NCBI GenBank assembly: GCA_965202685.1
Contig: OZ241853.1
Coordinates: 133,333-197,332 of the forward strand
Source: Gammaproteobacteria bacterium
GTDB taxonomy: Bacteria > Pseudomonadota > Gammaproteobacteria > Eutrophobiales > Eutrophobiaceae
Length of the DNA: 64,000 bases
Direction of reading: 5' to 3'
Shown here: positions 1-11,366 of the stretch, one piece after another
Layout of the letters: each line of letters begins with the position of its first letter
Numbering within the stretch: position 1 is the first letter of the stretch
The notes under the pieces: generated by a model
Told to the model about the DNA's origin: nothing
What the model saw: the letters and a program-made list of their open reading frames with translations, nothing else
The model's database searches: none
Made by a program: the position numbers and the translations under genes

Positions 1-1441
<1,441 letters not shown>

Positions 1442-1447
1442 CTATGG

Positions 1448-2032
1448 CTAAAGGATGTCCCGAGCCAGGGATTGCCGGATGAGGGCCGGCACAGGCGCCA
1501 CCGAATGGTGGTATTCCGGGTGGCTGACGCCGGCGGATAGGGCCGCGCCTTGGCGCAAGGCGGCGGCGTCCTCCTCCGACAATTCAAAGCGCATGAAGTG
1601 AACCGCCGCGGTCTTGGTCGCGGTGGCTCGCGGCAGATCCTCGTTGCAGATTGGCTCCATGGGCTTGCCGCCGCCCACCCGCAGCCACACGGCGGCTTCC
1701 ACGCCCACCAGCCGCGCCAGCCGCGCCTTGCGCTCTTGCGGGTCGTCGTATTCCAACATGAAGGTGGCCTTCCAGTTGCGCCCGTCCGGGAGCAACGGGT
1801 TGTAAGCCGCCAGCTCCTCCTCTATGGCCGCCGCCTCGAAGATCTTCTCGATGCGCAACATCTCCTGCACCTGGTACTGGATGGTGAGACGGTCTTCGAA
1901 GTGCAGGACGGCGTTGGGCCCTATGGCAAGACGCCGGGACTGCTTGTGAATCATCACCCGGGCGCGAAAATCCGCCCGCGCCCCGGCGTACTCCTCCAGG
2001 GAATAAAGGTCGGCTCTTGTCAGCTTGTCCAT
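1448..2032 (-). CDS. DUF3501 family protein
   Basis: 194-aa ORF recognised from its translation. It sits immediately beside a CCG-domain Fe-S protein and a rubrerythrin, which is the usual conserved context for DUF3501. Confidence 0.65.
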   Translation of the reverse strand: MDKLTRADLYSLEEYAGARADFRARVMIHKQSRRLAIGPNAVLHFEDRLTIQYQVQEMLRIEKIFEAAAIEEELAAYNPLLPDGRNWKATFMLEYDDPQERKARLARLVGVEAAVWLRVGGGKPMEPICNEDLPRATATKTAAVHFMRFELSEEDAAALRQGAALSAGVSHPEYHHSVAPVPALIRQSLARDIL

Positions 2033-2101
2033 GGTGGTTTCACGGGAGCGCGAACCCTAAGGAAATGGCAACGCCGCGTCGGAACATTATAGCGTTTCAT
2101 T

Positions 2102-3478
2102 CTACAAGCCATAAGCAAGTTTCAACAATGAAATGGGGGAGGCGGCGGGCTGGCCCGCGCCGGCCTCAGTCCCCAGGCCGTGCCGGATCTGAGCGCCCGC
2201 CATGGGGCAATCGCTGACATAGTGGTCGGCCTCGGCCTGTTGGACGCGCTTGACCACAGGCCGGCAAATTTTCATGGCTGTCTCATGGAATTCACGCTTG
2301 ACGGCGTAGGTGCCGTCGTGTCCCGAACAGCGCTCTATCGCCTCCACGGTGGTGTCCGGCGCCAGCTCCAGCGCCTCTCGGGTCTTCAAACCGATGTTCT
2401 GCACCCGCTGGTGGCAGGGAACATGCCAAGCCACCTTGCCCAAGGCGTTTTTGAAGTCCATCTTCAGCCGGCCTTCCCGGTGCCTGAGCATCAGGTACTC
2501 GAAGGGGTCGTAGAAGGCCCGGCTGACCTTTTGCGTCTGCTCGTCATCGGGAAACAGCAAGGGCAATTCCTGCTTGAACATGAGAGCGCAGGACGGCACC
2601 GGCGCCACCAGGTCCCAGCCCTGCTCAACCAAAGCGCCCAGCTGGGGGATGTTGATGTTTTTCCCCCGCTCCACCGCCTCGAGATCGCCCAATTCCAGCT
2701 TGGGCATGCCGCAACAGACCTCTTTCTCCGCCAAGGTGACCGGGATGTCGTTGTGCGCCAGGACCTGAACCAGATCCTCCGCTACCTGGGGCGCGTTCCG
2801 GTTGCAGTAGCAGGTGACAAACAGAGCCGCTTTGCCGGTGGTGCCCCCCGCTGGCTGCGCCGCCATGGCGGCCCCTTCCGCGGCGCCGGCCGGCCCCCCC
2901 CGCCCGGCCTTCAGCCGTTGGCGCGCGGGGCGGGAATGGAACTCCGGCAGGATGGCGTCCGCGTGGATGCCGGCGGTCTTTTCCATCAATTTGCGCAGGG
3001 GCCGGGACTTGTTTGCCGCGTTGACCGCCTGGGCCACCACGGGAATGCCCGCCAAATTGCCCACCAGCTGGGTGGAAGAGAGCATCCGGTCCCGCAACTT
3101 CGCGCCGCCTTTTTTGAACTCCGCGACCTTGGCCCGCAACATGAGATGAGGAAAATCCACATTCCATTCGTGGGGCGGCACATAGGGGCATTTCGTCATG
3201 TAGCAGAGATCGCAAAGATAGCAATGCTCCGCCACCTTGCCGTAGTCCTCCTTCGCCACGCCATCGACCTCCAGGGTGGGGGATTCATCCACCAGGTCGA
3301 ACAGGGTGGGAAAGGCGTTGCACAAGCTGACGCAACGGCGGCAACCGTGGCAGATGTCATAGACGCGCTCCAGTTCCGCGAACAGGCTTTTCTCGTCGCA
3401 GTACTCAGGGGACTTCCAGTCTATGGGATGCCGGGTGGGCGCCTCCAGGCTGCCTTCGCGGATGGCGGTCTTGGTCAT
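2102..3478 (-). CDS. (Fe-S)-binding protein with CCG domains (HdrD/GlpC-like)
   Basis: ORF 2102..3715. The likely true start is MTKTAIREG (ATG complement at 3478). It has a ferredoxin-type CxxCxxC (DICHGCRRCVSLCN) and two Cys-rich CCG-like segments (VTCYCNRNAP...CCGMP; VPCH...CSGHDG). Confidence 0.7.
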   Translation of the reverse strand: MTKTAIREGSLEAPTRHPIDWKSPEYCDEKSLFAELERVYDICHGCRRCVSLCNAFPTLFDLVDESPTLEVDGVAKEDYGKVAEHCYLCDLCYMTKCPYVPPHEWNVDFPHLMLRAKVAEFKKGGAKLRDRMLSSTQLVGNLAGIPVVAQAVNAANKSRPLRKLMEKTAGIHADAILPEFHSRPARQRLKAGRGGPAGAAEGAAMAAQPAGGTTGKAALFVTCYCNRNAPQVAEDLVQVLAHNDIPVTLAEKEVCCGMPKLELGDLEAVERGKNINIPQLGALVEQGWDLVAPVPSCALMFKQELPLLFPDDEQTQKVSRAFYDPFEYLMLRHREGRLKMDFKNALGKVAWHVPCHQRVQNIGLKTREALELAPDTTVEAIERCSGHDGTYAVKREFHETAMKICRPVVKRVQQAEADHYVSDCPMAGAQIRHGLGTEAGAGQPAASPISLLKLAYGL

Positions 3479-3494
3479 TGCGGCATGCGGGGAG

Positions 3495-3523
3495 CAAAAA
3501 AGAGCCGGGCCGGACCCGGCTCT
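3495..3523 (-). terminator. putative rho-independent terminator downstream of rubrerythrin
   Basis: On the minus strand the sequence reads agagccgggtccggcccggctct (GC hairpin) followed by TTTTTT (A-run 3495-3500 on the + strand). Confidence 0.4.
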
Positions 3524-3551
3524 GTGTTTGCCTTTGCTCGCAAGCTGGGCC

Positions 3552-3971
3552 TCAGGCCTCGAGACCGTCCAGGGCCTTCTGGAAGCGATTGGCGTGAGAG
3601 CGCTCGGCCTTGGCCAGGGTCTCAAACCAGTCCGCGATCTCGTCCAGACCCTCGTCGCGGGCGGTCTTCGCCATGCCCGGATACATATCCGTGTATTCAT
3701 AGGTCTCCCCGGCAATGGCCGCCTTCAGGTTTTGCGAGGTGGTGCCTATAGGCTCGCCCGTGGCCGGATCCCCCACCTCTTCCAGGTACTCGAGGTGGCC
3801 GTGGGCATGACCTGTTTCGCCTTCCGCCGTGGAGCGAAAGACCGTGGAGACATCATTGAAGCCTTCCACGTCGGCCTTCTGGGCAAAGTACAAGTAACGC
3901 CGATTGGCCTGGGATTCGCCAGCAAAGGCGTCCTTCAAATTCGCTTCGGTTTTGGTGCCTTTCAAAGCCAT
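3552..3971 (-). CDS. rubrerythrin family protein
   Basis: 139-aa ORF with ferritin-like EGE..HAHGH and EGET..E motifs ([10 protein letters not shown]...[10 protein letters not shown]...AIAGETYE). Confidence 0.8.
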   Translation of the reverse strand: MALKGTKTEANLKDAFAGESQANRRYLYFAQKADVEGFNDVSTVFRSTAEGETGHAHGHLEYLEEVGDPATGEPIGTTSQNLKAAIAGETYEYTDMYPGMAKTARDEGLDEIADWFETLAKAERSHANRFQKALDGLEA

Positions 3972-4237
3972 CTTTGTATCCTCCGAATGTTGGGATGCAG
4001 GTTGATTGACTGGGTTGATTAACGCCCCGAAATTTAGCCCAAGCTCCCCCTGCTGTCAACTTGCCGGGGCCTGAAAACCCATTGTATTTTTCAATGGAAA
4101 ACATAGCTTTTTTCTATCTGTTGGCGGCCTGCGAACCCAGGGCCTTGCGCCGTGGAAAAACCTTCTCTCGCCGCCAGTAGCGCAAAGCCGGCTGGCGTCG
4201 GTGTGGTATAGTGCGCCCTTGACGACTCCCGCGGAGA

Positions 4238-4525
4238 GTGTTTGTGGCAGACAAAAGCGCCGAGTTTGACTTTGAAAAATCGTTGCAGGAGCTGGAACAG
4301 CTCGTCGAGGCGATGGAGCGGGGCGACCTGACCCTGGAAGAATCCCTTAAGCGGTTTGAACGGGGCATCGCCCTGACCCGCGCCTGTCAACAGGCCCTGG
4401 CGAAAGCCGAACAGAAGGTGCAGATCCTGACTCAGAACAGCGCCGGCGGCGAACTGACGGACTTCGAGGCGAAACCCGAACCCGGCCACAAGGATGATTC
4501 CGCGACTGATGAGATGCCCTTTTGA
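4238..4525 (+). CDS. xseB: exodeoxyribonuclease VII small subunit
   Basis: 95-aa ORF FEKSLQELEQLVEAMERGDLTLEESLKRFERGIAL. It overlaps the downstream ispA start by 4 bp, matching the classic xseB-ispA arrangement. Confidence 0.8.
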   Translation: MFVADKSAEFDFEKSLQELEQLVEAMERGDLTLEESLKRFERGIALTRACQQALAKAEQKVQILTQNSAGGELTDFEAKPEPGHKDDSATDEMPF

Positions 4526-5487
4526 GCCTGATGCCTGAAGCGTCTTCCCGGCGCGAGGCGGCGGTCGGGCCAGCGGGCCCGCGCCGGATAGACGCGCCTC
4601 CTTTCGCCGCGCGGGTGGCGGACTGCCAGGCCCGGGTGGAGGCCGCTTTGGAACGCTGGCTGCCCCCCGCCACGGCCCGCCCGCGCCACTTGCATGAGGC
4701 CATTCGCTATTCCGTGTTGGCCGCGGGCAAACGGATCCGCCCCTTGTTGGTCTATGCCAGCGGCGAGGCCTTCGGCGCGGCCCCGGCGGCCCTGGACGGA
4801 TGCGCTTGCGCGGTGGAGATGATCCACGCCTATTCGCTCATACACGATGACCTGCCAGCCATGGACGACGACGATCTGCGGCGGGGCCGCCCCACCTGCC
4901 ACCGGGCTTACGGCGAGGCCACCGCGATTCTGGCGGGAGACGCCCTGCAGGCCCTGGCCTTTCAGGTGCTGACGGAGGACCAGCAGATCCTCGCGCCGCC
5001 CGGGCGGCGCTTGAAGATGATCAACACCCTGGCGGCCGCCAGCGGCTCCCGGGGCATGGCGGGGGGGCAGGCCATCGATTTGGCCGCCGTGGGCAAACGC
5101 CTCAGCCTGGAGGAGTTGCGAACCATGCACGCTTACAAGACCGGGGCCTTGATCCGGGCCAGCGTCGAGCTGGGAGCCCTGTGCGCCGCGACGGTGGATA
5201 AAAAGCGGTTTGAGCAAGCCGCGCGCTACGCGGAGTGCATTGGCCTCGCCTTTCAAATCCACGACGATGTGCTGAACATCGAGAGCGACACGGAGACCCT
5301 GGGCAAACCCCAGGGGTCCGACCAGGCCATGAACAAGCCCACCTATCCCAAGCTCCTGGGGCTGGAAAAGACCAAGCAGGCGGCCCGGGCCTTGTTGCAG
5401 GAGGCCTTGGGGCATCTGGCGGGATTCGGCGCCAACGCCGAGGCCCTGCGCTGGCTGGCGGCGTACATCGTGGAGCGAGACAAATAG
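4522..5487 (+). CDS. ispA: farnesyl-diphosphate synthase / geranyltranstransferase (polyprenyl synthetase)
   Basis: Carries the first and second Asp-rich motifs [22 protein letters not shown] and FQIHDDVLN. The true start may be a few codons downstream. Confidence 0.85.
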   Translation: MSLMPEASSRREAAVGPAGPRRIDAPPFAARVADCQARVEAALERWLPPATARPRHLHEAIRYSVLAAGKRIRPLLVYASGEAFGAAPAALDGCACAVEMIHAYSLIHDDLPAMDDDDLRRGRPTCHRAYGEATAILAGDALQALAFQVLTEDQQILAPPGRRLKMINTLAAASGSRGMAGGQAIDLAAVGKRLSLEELRTMHAYKTGALIRASVELGALCAATVDKKRFEQAARYAECIGLAFQIHDDVLNIESDTETLGKPQGSDQAMNKPTYPKLLGLEKTKQAARALLQEALGHLAGFGANAEALRWLAAYIVERDK

Positions 5488-5572
5488 GGGCGGAGGCGCG
5501 AGGGGCAAAAAAGATGAATTGTCCGCCGCTTGCCTATATACTCTCCACTCTCATCCACAGCGGGAACCTGTT

Positions 5573-6394
5573 ATGACGCAACCGGCGCGCGCGATTGTCA
5601 ACGAAATACCCGATATCCAGGGTTCGCCTGACACCCGGTTCATCCCCATCGACAAAGTGGGCATCAAGGACATCCGCCATCCGGTGGTGGTGCGGGACCG
5701 CTCCGGGCGGGAACAGCGCACGGTGGCCCTGTTCAATATGTATGTCAACCTGCCTCACAACTTCAAAGGCACCCACATGTCCCGGTTTGTGGAGATCCTG
5801 AACCAGGACGAATTTGAGATCTCCATTGAATCCTTCAAAGGCATGGTGGAGAACATGACCAAGCTGTTGCAGGCCGAATCCGGGCACATCGAGATGAGCT
5901 TCCCCTACTTCATCAACAAGAAAGCGCCCGTCTCCGGGGTGGAGAGCCTGATGGATTACGAGGTGTCGTTCATCGGCGAACTAAGCGGCGACGGGCAAAC
6001 AGAGGTGTGCGTGAAGGTGGTGGTGCCGGTCACCTCGCTGTGCCCCTGCTCCAAGGGCATCTCTGACTACGGCGCCCACAACCAGCGCTCCCATGTGACG
6101 GCGCTGGCCCGCTTGCAGGGGTTTTTGTGGGTCGAGGAGTTGATCGACATCGTGGAAAAGGCGGCCTCCTGCGAGTTGTACGGGCTGTTGAAGCGGCCCG
6201 ATGAAAAATATGTGACCGAACGGGCCTACGACAATCCCAAGTTCGTCGAGGACATCGTACGCGAGGTGGCGGTGAAATTCAACGCGGACGAACGGATAGA
6301 GTCCTACAAAGTGGAATCGGAAAACTTCGAATCCATACACAACCATTCCGCCTACGCCATGGTGAGCCGGGACAAGCGCGACGGGCAAGCCTGA
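5573..6394 (+). CDS. folE2: GTP cyclohydrolase FolE2/MptA family
   Basis: ORF 5519..6394. The likely start is MTQPARAIV at 5573. [18 protein letters not shown] and a C-terminal CPCS motif are typical of FolE2. Confidence 0.7.
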   Translation: MTQPARAIVNEIPDIQGSPDTRFIPIDKVGIKDIRHPVVVRDRSGREQRTVALFNMYVNLPHNFKGTHMSRFVEILNQDEFEISIESFKGMVENMTKLLQAESGHIEMSFPYFINKKAPVSGVESLMDYEVSFIGELSGDGQTEVCVKVVVPVTSLCPCSKGISDYGAHNQRSHVTALARLQGFLWVEELIDIVEKAASCELYGLLKRPDEKYVTERAYDNPKFVEDIVREVAVKFNADERIESYKVESENFESIHNHSAYAMVSRDKRDGQA

Positions 6395-6572
6395 AACGGG
6401 CCGGCAACCCCTCCCGGGACGCGCCGCCGCGCCGAGAGAAAAACCAAGCGGCTAAAAAAAACGCTTGTAATAATCTGATTTTCTGATAATTTCGAGAATC
6501 CCGACCGGGACTTAAGCCAAGCGCGGCGCGCCTAGCTTGAGCCGGGTCTGACATCGAGACGAGACTGAAGCC

Positions 6573-7154
6573 ATGACTCCGCTCATATTGCGGCTTGACA
6601 TATCGGGCCTGCCAGTCACCTGGATGCCTTGGCAGGAGGCGATAAGCCTCTACTGCCGGGACCTGGTGGGCTGGACCGCCGGCGCGGAGACCTTCACCTT
6701 TTACGGGGGGGTCAACAAGCGCAGCGGCCTGCGTTCTTCGGTCTCGATCAACTCCATCATCGCCGTCAAACGCTCCAGCGGCCACAAGCGCGCCAGCCGC
6801 GCCACGCCGCCGCTGACCAACCGGGAATTGTTCCTGCGGGACGCCCATATCTGCATGTATTGCGGTTCGCGCCACAAGGAAAGCGCGCTGACCCGCGATC
6901 ATGTGTCGCCCATGTCGCGGGGCGGCGGCGACCGCTGGTCCAATGTCGTCACCGCCTGCCGCTCCTGCAACGCCCGCAAGGGCAACAGGAATCCCGAGGA
7001 GGCCGGGATGCCGCTGTTGGCGGTGCCTTATGTGCCGAACTGGGCGGAATACCTGGCCCTGTCGAACCGGAAGATCCTGGTGGACCAGATGGCGTTCCTG
7101 AAATCGCAGTTCTCCGGGCGGCCGTTGCTGTTTCACGACCCGCAGAGGAGATGA
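6573..7154 (+). CDS. HNH endonuclease
   Basis: 193-aa ORF with CMYCG...LTRDHVSPMSRGG...WSNVVTACRSCNARKGNR (HNH with zinc-finger cysteines). Confidence 0.7.
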   Translation: MTPLILRLDISGLPVTWMPWQEAISLYCRDLVGWTAGAETFTFYGGVNKRSGLRSSVSINSIIAVKRSSGHKRASRATPPLTNRELFLRDAHICMYCGSRHKESALTRDHVSPMSRGGGDRWSNVVTACRSCNARKGNRNPEEAGMPLLAVPYVPNWAEYLALSNRKILVDQMAFLKSQFSGRPLLFHDPQRR

Positions 7155-7525
7155 TGCGAAACGCGACCGCCCCCCTGCTTGCCTGCCTGTTGGCGTCAAG
7201 CCCGGCCAGCGCGGCGGACGGGGCCGGCAACTACGCCATCTGGGGCAAGGGCAACAAGTCCTGCTTCAAGTACCTGCAGGACCGGGGGCAACAGGAGGAC
7301 GGGGACTACAAGAGCTATGTCATGGGCTATTTGACCGCCTACAACACCCTGAGCCCGGAAACCTACAGCATTTCCGGCGCCATGAATTTGGGCGACATCA
7401 TGGCCTGGTTAGACGATTATTGCGACTTGCAACAGACGCACGGCTTGGAGCAGGCCCTGGCGAATTTCATCGTCGCGCGCCACGACAGCCGGTTGCGCAG
7501 GCCGCCGGGGGGGGTTGGCAGATAG
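7151..7525 (+). CDS. hypothetical secreted protein (signal peptide)
   Basis: In-frame 3' part of ORF 6629..7525. ATG at 7151 overlaps the HNH stop (ATGA) and GAGGAG lies just upstream. The N-terminus MMRNATAPLLACLLASSPASA looks like a signal peptide. Confidence 0.5.
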   Translation: MMRNATAPLLACLLASSPASAADGAGNYAIWGKGNKSCFKYLQDRGQQEDGDYKSYVMGYLTAYNTLSPETYSISGAMNLGDIMAWLDDYCDLQQTHGLEQALANFIVARHDSRLRRPPGGVGR

Positions 7526-7621
7526 CGCGCGGGATTTGACACGCCTCGCAAAATGCGCCATCATCCGCGCTTGGCGGTGGAAACACCTATACATGAATCC
7601 AGACAAACCGGAGAACTGAGC

Positions 7622-7918
7622 ATGAAAAGAAACATCATCAAAACAACGGGTTTTGCGACCCTGTTCACGATAATCAGCGGTTGCGCGATGGGTGGTTGCG
7701 TAACCACCGAGCAACTCGCCGAAGTCAGGGCGATAGCGGAAGGCGCTCAAGCTGCGGCAGATCGCGCCGCCAACAGCGCCGACGGCGCCATGGCGGCCGC
7801 CAACAGGGCCATGGACGCCGCCGCGGGGGCCCAGTCCGCCGCCGACGCCGCCAACGCCTGTTGCAATGAAAACTCAAACAAGCTGGATCGCATGTTTGAG
7901 AAGGCCATGCAGAAATAG
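7622..7918 (+). CDS. Lpp-like (Braun-type) alanine-rich lipoprotein
   Basis: Start at MKRNIIK inside ORF 7553..7918, with GGAG 6 nt upstream. Lipobox LFTIISGC. Ala-rich coiled-coil, and the C-terminus KLDRMFEKAMQK ends in Lys as in Lpp. Confidence 0.55.
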   Translation: MKRNIIKTTGFATLFTIISGCAMGGCVTTEQLAEVRAIAEGAQAAADRAANSADGAMAAANRAMDAAAGAQSAADAANACCNENSNKLDRMFEKAMQK

Positions 7919-7935
7919 CGTAGGAAAAAAAGCCA

Positions 7936-7977
7936 CGGGGCCGGCTCCTGAACGCAGATCCGGCCCCGCGTTTTTTT
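7936..7977 (+). terminator. rho-independent terminator
   Basis: cggggccgg...ccggccccg stem followed by TTTTTTT, directly after the Lpp-like gene. Confidence 0.7.
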
Positions 7978-8085
7978 AGGGAAAAAATAAGGAGGCCCCG
8001 CAACGAGGCGTATTTCCGAGATTTCCCCTTGCCGGGGGGCCTGCTGGCTTGCCCCTGTTTCTGAGACAGAGACCCTTCATCCTCC

Positions 8086-9123
8086 CTATTCTTCGTAGGG
8101 GAGATCCTCAGCCTTGGCGGTGGCGATGATCTCGCCAATCTGCGCCGGCATGCCGTTCTTCTCCGCTATCACCGCCTTGGCCAGATCCCAATCGACCACA
8201 TAGCCGTCGTCGCCGGTGATCCGCACCAACATGCCCACCACGCTGGTCAGGTTGCCTTCAAACCGCTCGGCATCTTCCGCCAGGTATGGATGGGCCTCCA
8301 GGTAGAGCTTGCCCTCGTGGCGCCCCACCTTGAAGGGCTGGTTGACGATGCGCACCGGCGTCCCCACTGCGACCTGGGCGAACAAGCTCTCTATGTCTTC
8401 CGGGTAAAGCCTGATGCAACCATGGCTGACCCGCATGCCGATCCCGTAAGGCTTGTTGGTGCCGTGGATCAGGTACTGCGGCAGGCCCAGGCGCATGGCG
8501 TAATTCCCCAAGGGGTTGTCCGGCCCCGGTTCCACTCGTTCCGGCAGGGGGTCGCCTTGCTCAGCGTGTTCTTTGCGGACGGATTCCGGGGGGTGCCAGG
8601 CGGGCCTGACCTTTTTCTGGATAATGCGCGTGCTAAGGTAAGGCGTTGACCAACCTTCGCGGCCCACCCCCAGGGGGTAAGTGACCACCTCCAGCCCCGC
8701 TTCGTTGGCCGGAGGAAAATAGTACAGCCGCATTTCCGGGATGTTCAACACGATGCCCCGCCGAGGAGCGGCAGGCAACACGAACTGGTTTGGCAACACC
8801 ACCTCCGTGCCTTGCCCCGGCAACCAGATATCGACGCCGGGGTTGGCCAGCCGGATCTCGCTGTGGCCCAGCCCGTTGAGCCGGGCCAGATCCGCCAGGG
8901 TGTCTTCGTATTTGGCCCGCACCCGGCTCACGGCGCCCACTAGGGAGTCGTCGGCGTTCTGCAGCGCGTAGGCCGCCGCCGCCGCGTCCTGGGAAAAGCA
9001 CAACGCCGCCCACAGCAACGCCGCCGCACCGACCCGCAACGGGGGCGCGCCTCCGGTCATGGCGGAGCCGGGGCGCGGCAGAGGCGCGCTTCTGAATGCT
9101 CTGAACATGGCTCTCAATGTCAT
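8086..9123 (-). CDS. L,D-transpeptidase with LysM domain
   Basis: YkuD-domain motif GTNKPYGIGMRVSHGCIRLYPEDI. LysM-like segment DTLADLARLNGLGHSEIRLANPG. Has an N-terminal signal. Confidence 0.8.
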   Translation of the reverse strand: MTLRAMFRAFRSAPLPRPGSAMTGGAPPLRVGAAALLWAALCFSQDAAAAAYALQNADDSLVGAVSRVRAKYEDTLADLARLNGLGHSEIRLANPGVDIWLPGQGTEVVLPNQFVLPAAPRRGIVLNIPEMRLYYFPPANEAGLEVVTYPLGVGREGWSTPYLSTRIIQKKVRPAWHPPESVRKEHAEQGDPLPERVEPGPDNPLGNYAMRLGLPQYLIHGTNKPYGIGMRVSHGCIRLYPEDIESLFAQVAVGTPVRIVNQPFKVGRHEGKLYLEAHPYLAEDAERFEGNLTSVVGMLVRITGDDGYVVDWDLAKAVIAEKNGMPAQIGEIIATAKAEDLPYEE

Positions 9124-9193
9124 AGATTGCTGTAGAAACCGCTCATAACATACAGAAACTAAAAAATAAATTCAAGACGCTATCAGCCCGGGC

Positions 9194-9712
9194 TCAACTC
9201 TCTTTCAGCCTGGGCATCAATTCCACCAGGTTGCAGGGACGGGTGCGGTAATCCAACTGGGAGGAGACGATGCGATCCCAGGCTGTGGCGCAGGCGCCCG
9301 AGGAACCCGGCAGGCAGAAGATGTAAGTGCCGTTCGCCACCCCCGCCACCGCGCGGGATTGCAAGGACGAGGCGCCGATCTCCTGGTAGGACAAAAACCG
9401 GAACAGTTCGCCAAACCCCGTTATTTCCTTGTCGAACAGCGGCGCCACCGCCTCAGGCGTGCCGTCGCGCCCGGTGACCCCGGTGCCACCGGTGGTCAGC
9501 ACGGCGTCCACCTGCTCATCGGCGCACCAGCCCGCCACCCTGTTGCGGATCTGCGCGATGTCATCCGGCACAATCGCCTGCTGGCGCAAGCTGTGGCCCG
9601 CTTCCGCCAGTCGTTGCGCCAATAACTTGCCGGACTTGTCGGTCTTGGAGGTGCGCGAATCCGACACCACCAGGACAGCGATGTTCAACGGCTTGAACGC
9701 TCTTTCTGACAC
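9194..9712 (-). CDS. moaB: molybdenum cofactor biosynthesis protein B (MoaB/MogA family)
   Basis: 172-aa ORF LNIAVLVVSDSRT...VDAVLTTGGTGVTGRD, the MoCF-biosynthesis fold signature. Confidence 0.7.
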   Translation of the reverse strand: MSERAFKPLNIAVLVVSDSRTSKTDKSGKLLAQRLAEAGHSLRQQAIVPDDIAQIRNRVAGWCADEQVDAVLTTGGTGVTGRDGTPEAVAPLFDKEITGFGELFRFLSYQEIGASSLQSRAVAGVANGTYIFCLPGSSGACATAWDRIVSSQLDYRTRPCNLVELMPRLKES

Positions 9713-9740
9713 GATCTTCTGCGGACTGCGCGGCGGGGGC

Positions 9741-10346
9741 TCAGGCCCGCCAGGGCCGGCCCCAGGCGCCGGCGAAAAAACGCTCGCCTAAGGGATGGCG
9801 CTCCCGCGGGGCCAATTCCCGTTCGCGCATGGCCTCCGGGAGGGCCTCTTCAGCCAGCTGGTAGCCTACGGCGATGATGGCCATGGGGGTGTGGTCTGCG
9901 GGAATGGAAAAGGCTTTTTTGGCTCGCTCCGGGTCGAACCCGCCCATCTGGTGAGCCATCAGGCCCAGGTCTGCGGCCTGCAAGCACAGATTGATGCTGG
10001 CGGCGCCCGTGTCGTGTTGGGCCCACCGGTTTGGCTCGCCATTGCGCTGATAACGCTCCGCCGCCACCGCCACAATAAGCGCCGGGGCATGTTGGGCCCA
10101 GCCCTGGTTGAACTCGCCCAGGCAGTCCAGGACAGCCTGCCACGCCTCTTGCTCCCGGTCCCGCTCGGCGATCAAGTAGCGCCAGGGTTGCTCGCCGTAG
10201 CACGACAGGGCCCAGCGCGCCGCTTCGATGCAAGCCAACAGCTTTTCCGGCTCCACCGGCCGGCCGGCATCGTAGGCGCGGCCACTCCAGCGCCGCGCGA
10301 TCAGGTCGTTCACAGGGACTTGCGTTGGCGCTTTTTTCTCAATCAT
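9741..10346 (-). CDS. nitroreductase family protein
   Basis: 201-aa ORF RRWSGRAY...PWRYL...GAASINLCLQA, the pattern typical of the NfsA/NfsB fold. Confidence 0.65.
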   Translation of the reverse strand: MIEKKAPTQVPVNDLIARRWSGRAYDAGRPVEPEKLLACIEAARWALSCYGEQPWRYLIAERDREQEAWQAVLDCLGEFNQGWAQHAPALIVAVAAERYQRNGEPNRWAQHDTGAASINLCLQAADLGLMAHQMGGFDPERAKKAFSIPADHTPMAIIAVGYQLAEEALPEAMRERELAPRERHPLGERFFAGAWGRPWRA

Positions 10347-10399
10347 GTTGCGGATGGTAGCATGAAAAGGCGGGAAGCAGGCCGCCTCAGGGTCAGAGC

Positions 10400-11302
10400 C
10401 TACGCCTGGGGGTCGGGGCGCGAGGCGGCCAAATAACCCTCAGGCTCCTCGACCACCCGGTTGACCAAGGCGCCGATCTTCTCCACCTCCAGCCTCACCA
10501 CATCGCCCGCTTGCAACCACTGCGGCGGTTTCATCACGGCGGCGATGCCGCCCGGGGTGCCGGTGGGGATGACATCGCCCGGTTCCAGGGTCAGAGCCTT
10601 GGCGAGGTGTTCCACCAGAGCTCCGCAACTGAACTTGATCCGGGAGGTGCGGTCGTCCTGGCGCAACTCGTCGTTGACCCACAGCCTAATGCCCAAATCC
10701 GGCGCCGCGCCAACCTCGTCTATGGTCAACAACGCCGGCCCCATGGGGCAGTGGGTGTCAAAGGATTTCGCCAAGCTGAATTGACCGGTGGCCCATTGCC
10801 AGTCGCGCACGCTCAGGTCGTTGACGCACACGAAGCCGGCGATGACCTCCCCGGCCTCTTCCGCCTTGACATGGCGGCAACGCTTGCCGATGACGATGGC
10901 GAATTCCGCCTCGTAGTCCAGTTGCCCGGACACCTTGGGCAAATGCACATCATCATAAGGGCCGACGACGCTGGTGGCGGCCTTGGTGAACACCATGGGA
11001 ACCTCGGTGACGGCGATGCCTAGGGCCTTGGCCTCTTCGATATGCTCCAGGTAGTTAAGGCCGATGGCGAGGATCTTGCGCGGACGCGGCACCGGCGCCA
11101 ATAAGCGGACGCGAGCAAGGGGGATCCTTGGCGCCGTCGCCAAGGCGGCCCTGGCGCGGGCGAAAAAGGCCTCCCCGGCTTCCAGGGCCGCGATCATGTC
11201 CAGCCCCGCAAGGTCTTTGTCGGCGCTTAAATCCGCGAGTTCGTTCACGCCGACCATGACGCCCAATTTTTCCGCGCCGTCGAAGAAGGTCGTCAATCGC
11301 AT
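10400..11302 (-). CDS. fumarylacetoacetate hydrolase (FAH) family protein
   Basis: 300-aa ORF with C-terminal GDVIPTGTPGG and the acidic metal-binding pattern of FAH/HpcE-type hydratases/isomerases. Confidence 0.7.
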   Translation of the reverse strand: MRLTTFFDGAEKLGVMVGVNELADLSADKDLAGLDMIAALEAGEAFFARARAALATAPRIPLARVRLLAPVPRPRKILAIGLNYLEHIEEAKALGIAVTEVPMVFTKAATSVVGPYDDVHLPKVSGQLDYEAEFAIVIGKRCRHVKAEEAGEVIAGFVCVNDLSVRDWQWATGQFSLAKSFDTHCPMGPALLTIDEVGAAPDLGIRLWVNDELRQDDRTSRIKFSCGALVEHLAKALTLEPGDVIPTGTPGGIAAVMKPPQWLQAGDVVRLEVEKIGALVNRVVEEPEGYLAASRPDPQA

Positions 11303-11366
11303 AAGGAAGCCACCGCTCTGGGCCGGCCGGCCCCATGACCGGCCCCTGAGGGCATGTTAGCCTATT

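Noticed and set aside
2180-3751. 523-aa + strand ORF
   Set aside because: Antisense to the CCG Fe-S gene. Arg/Gly/Pro-rich low-complexity translation with no recognisable motifs.
5519-5572. N-terminal extension [18 protein letters not shown] of the folE2 ORF
   Set aside because: The FolE2 family begins near MTQPARAIV. The upstream codons overlap a TATACT-containing promoter-like region.
6629-7525. 298-aa + ORF overlapping the HNH gene
   Set aside because: Only its 3' third (from ATG 7151, with RBS and signal peptide) is credible. The 5' part is an alternative frame of the HNH gene.
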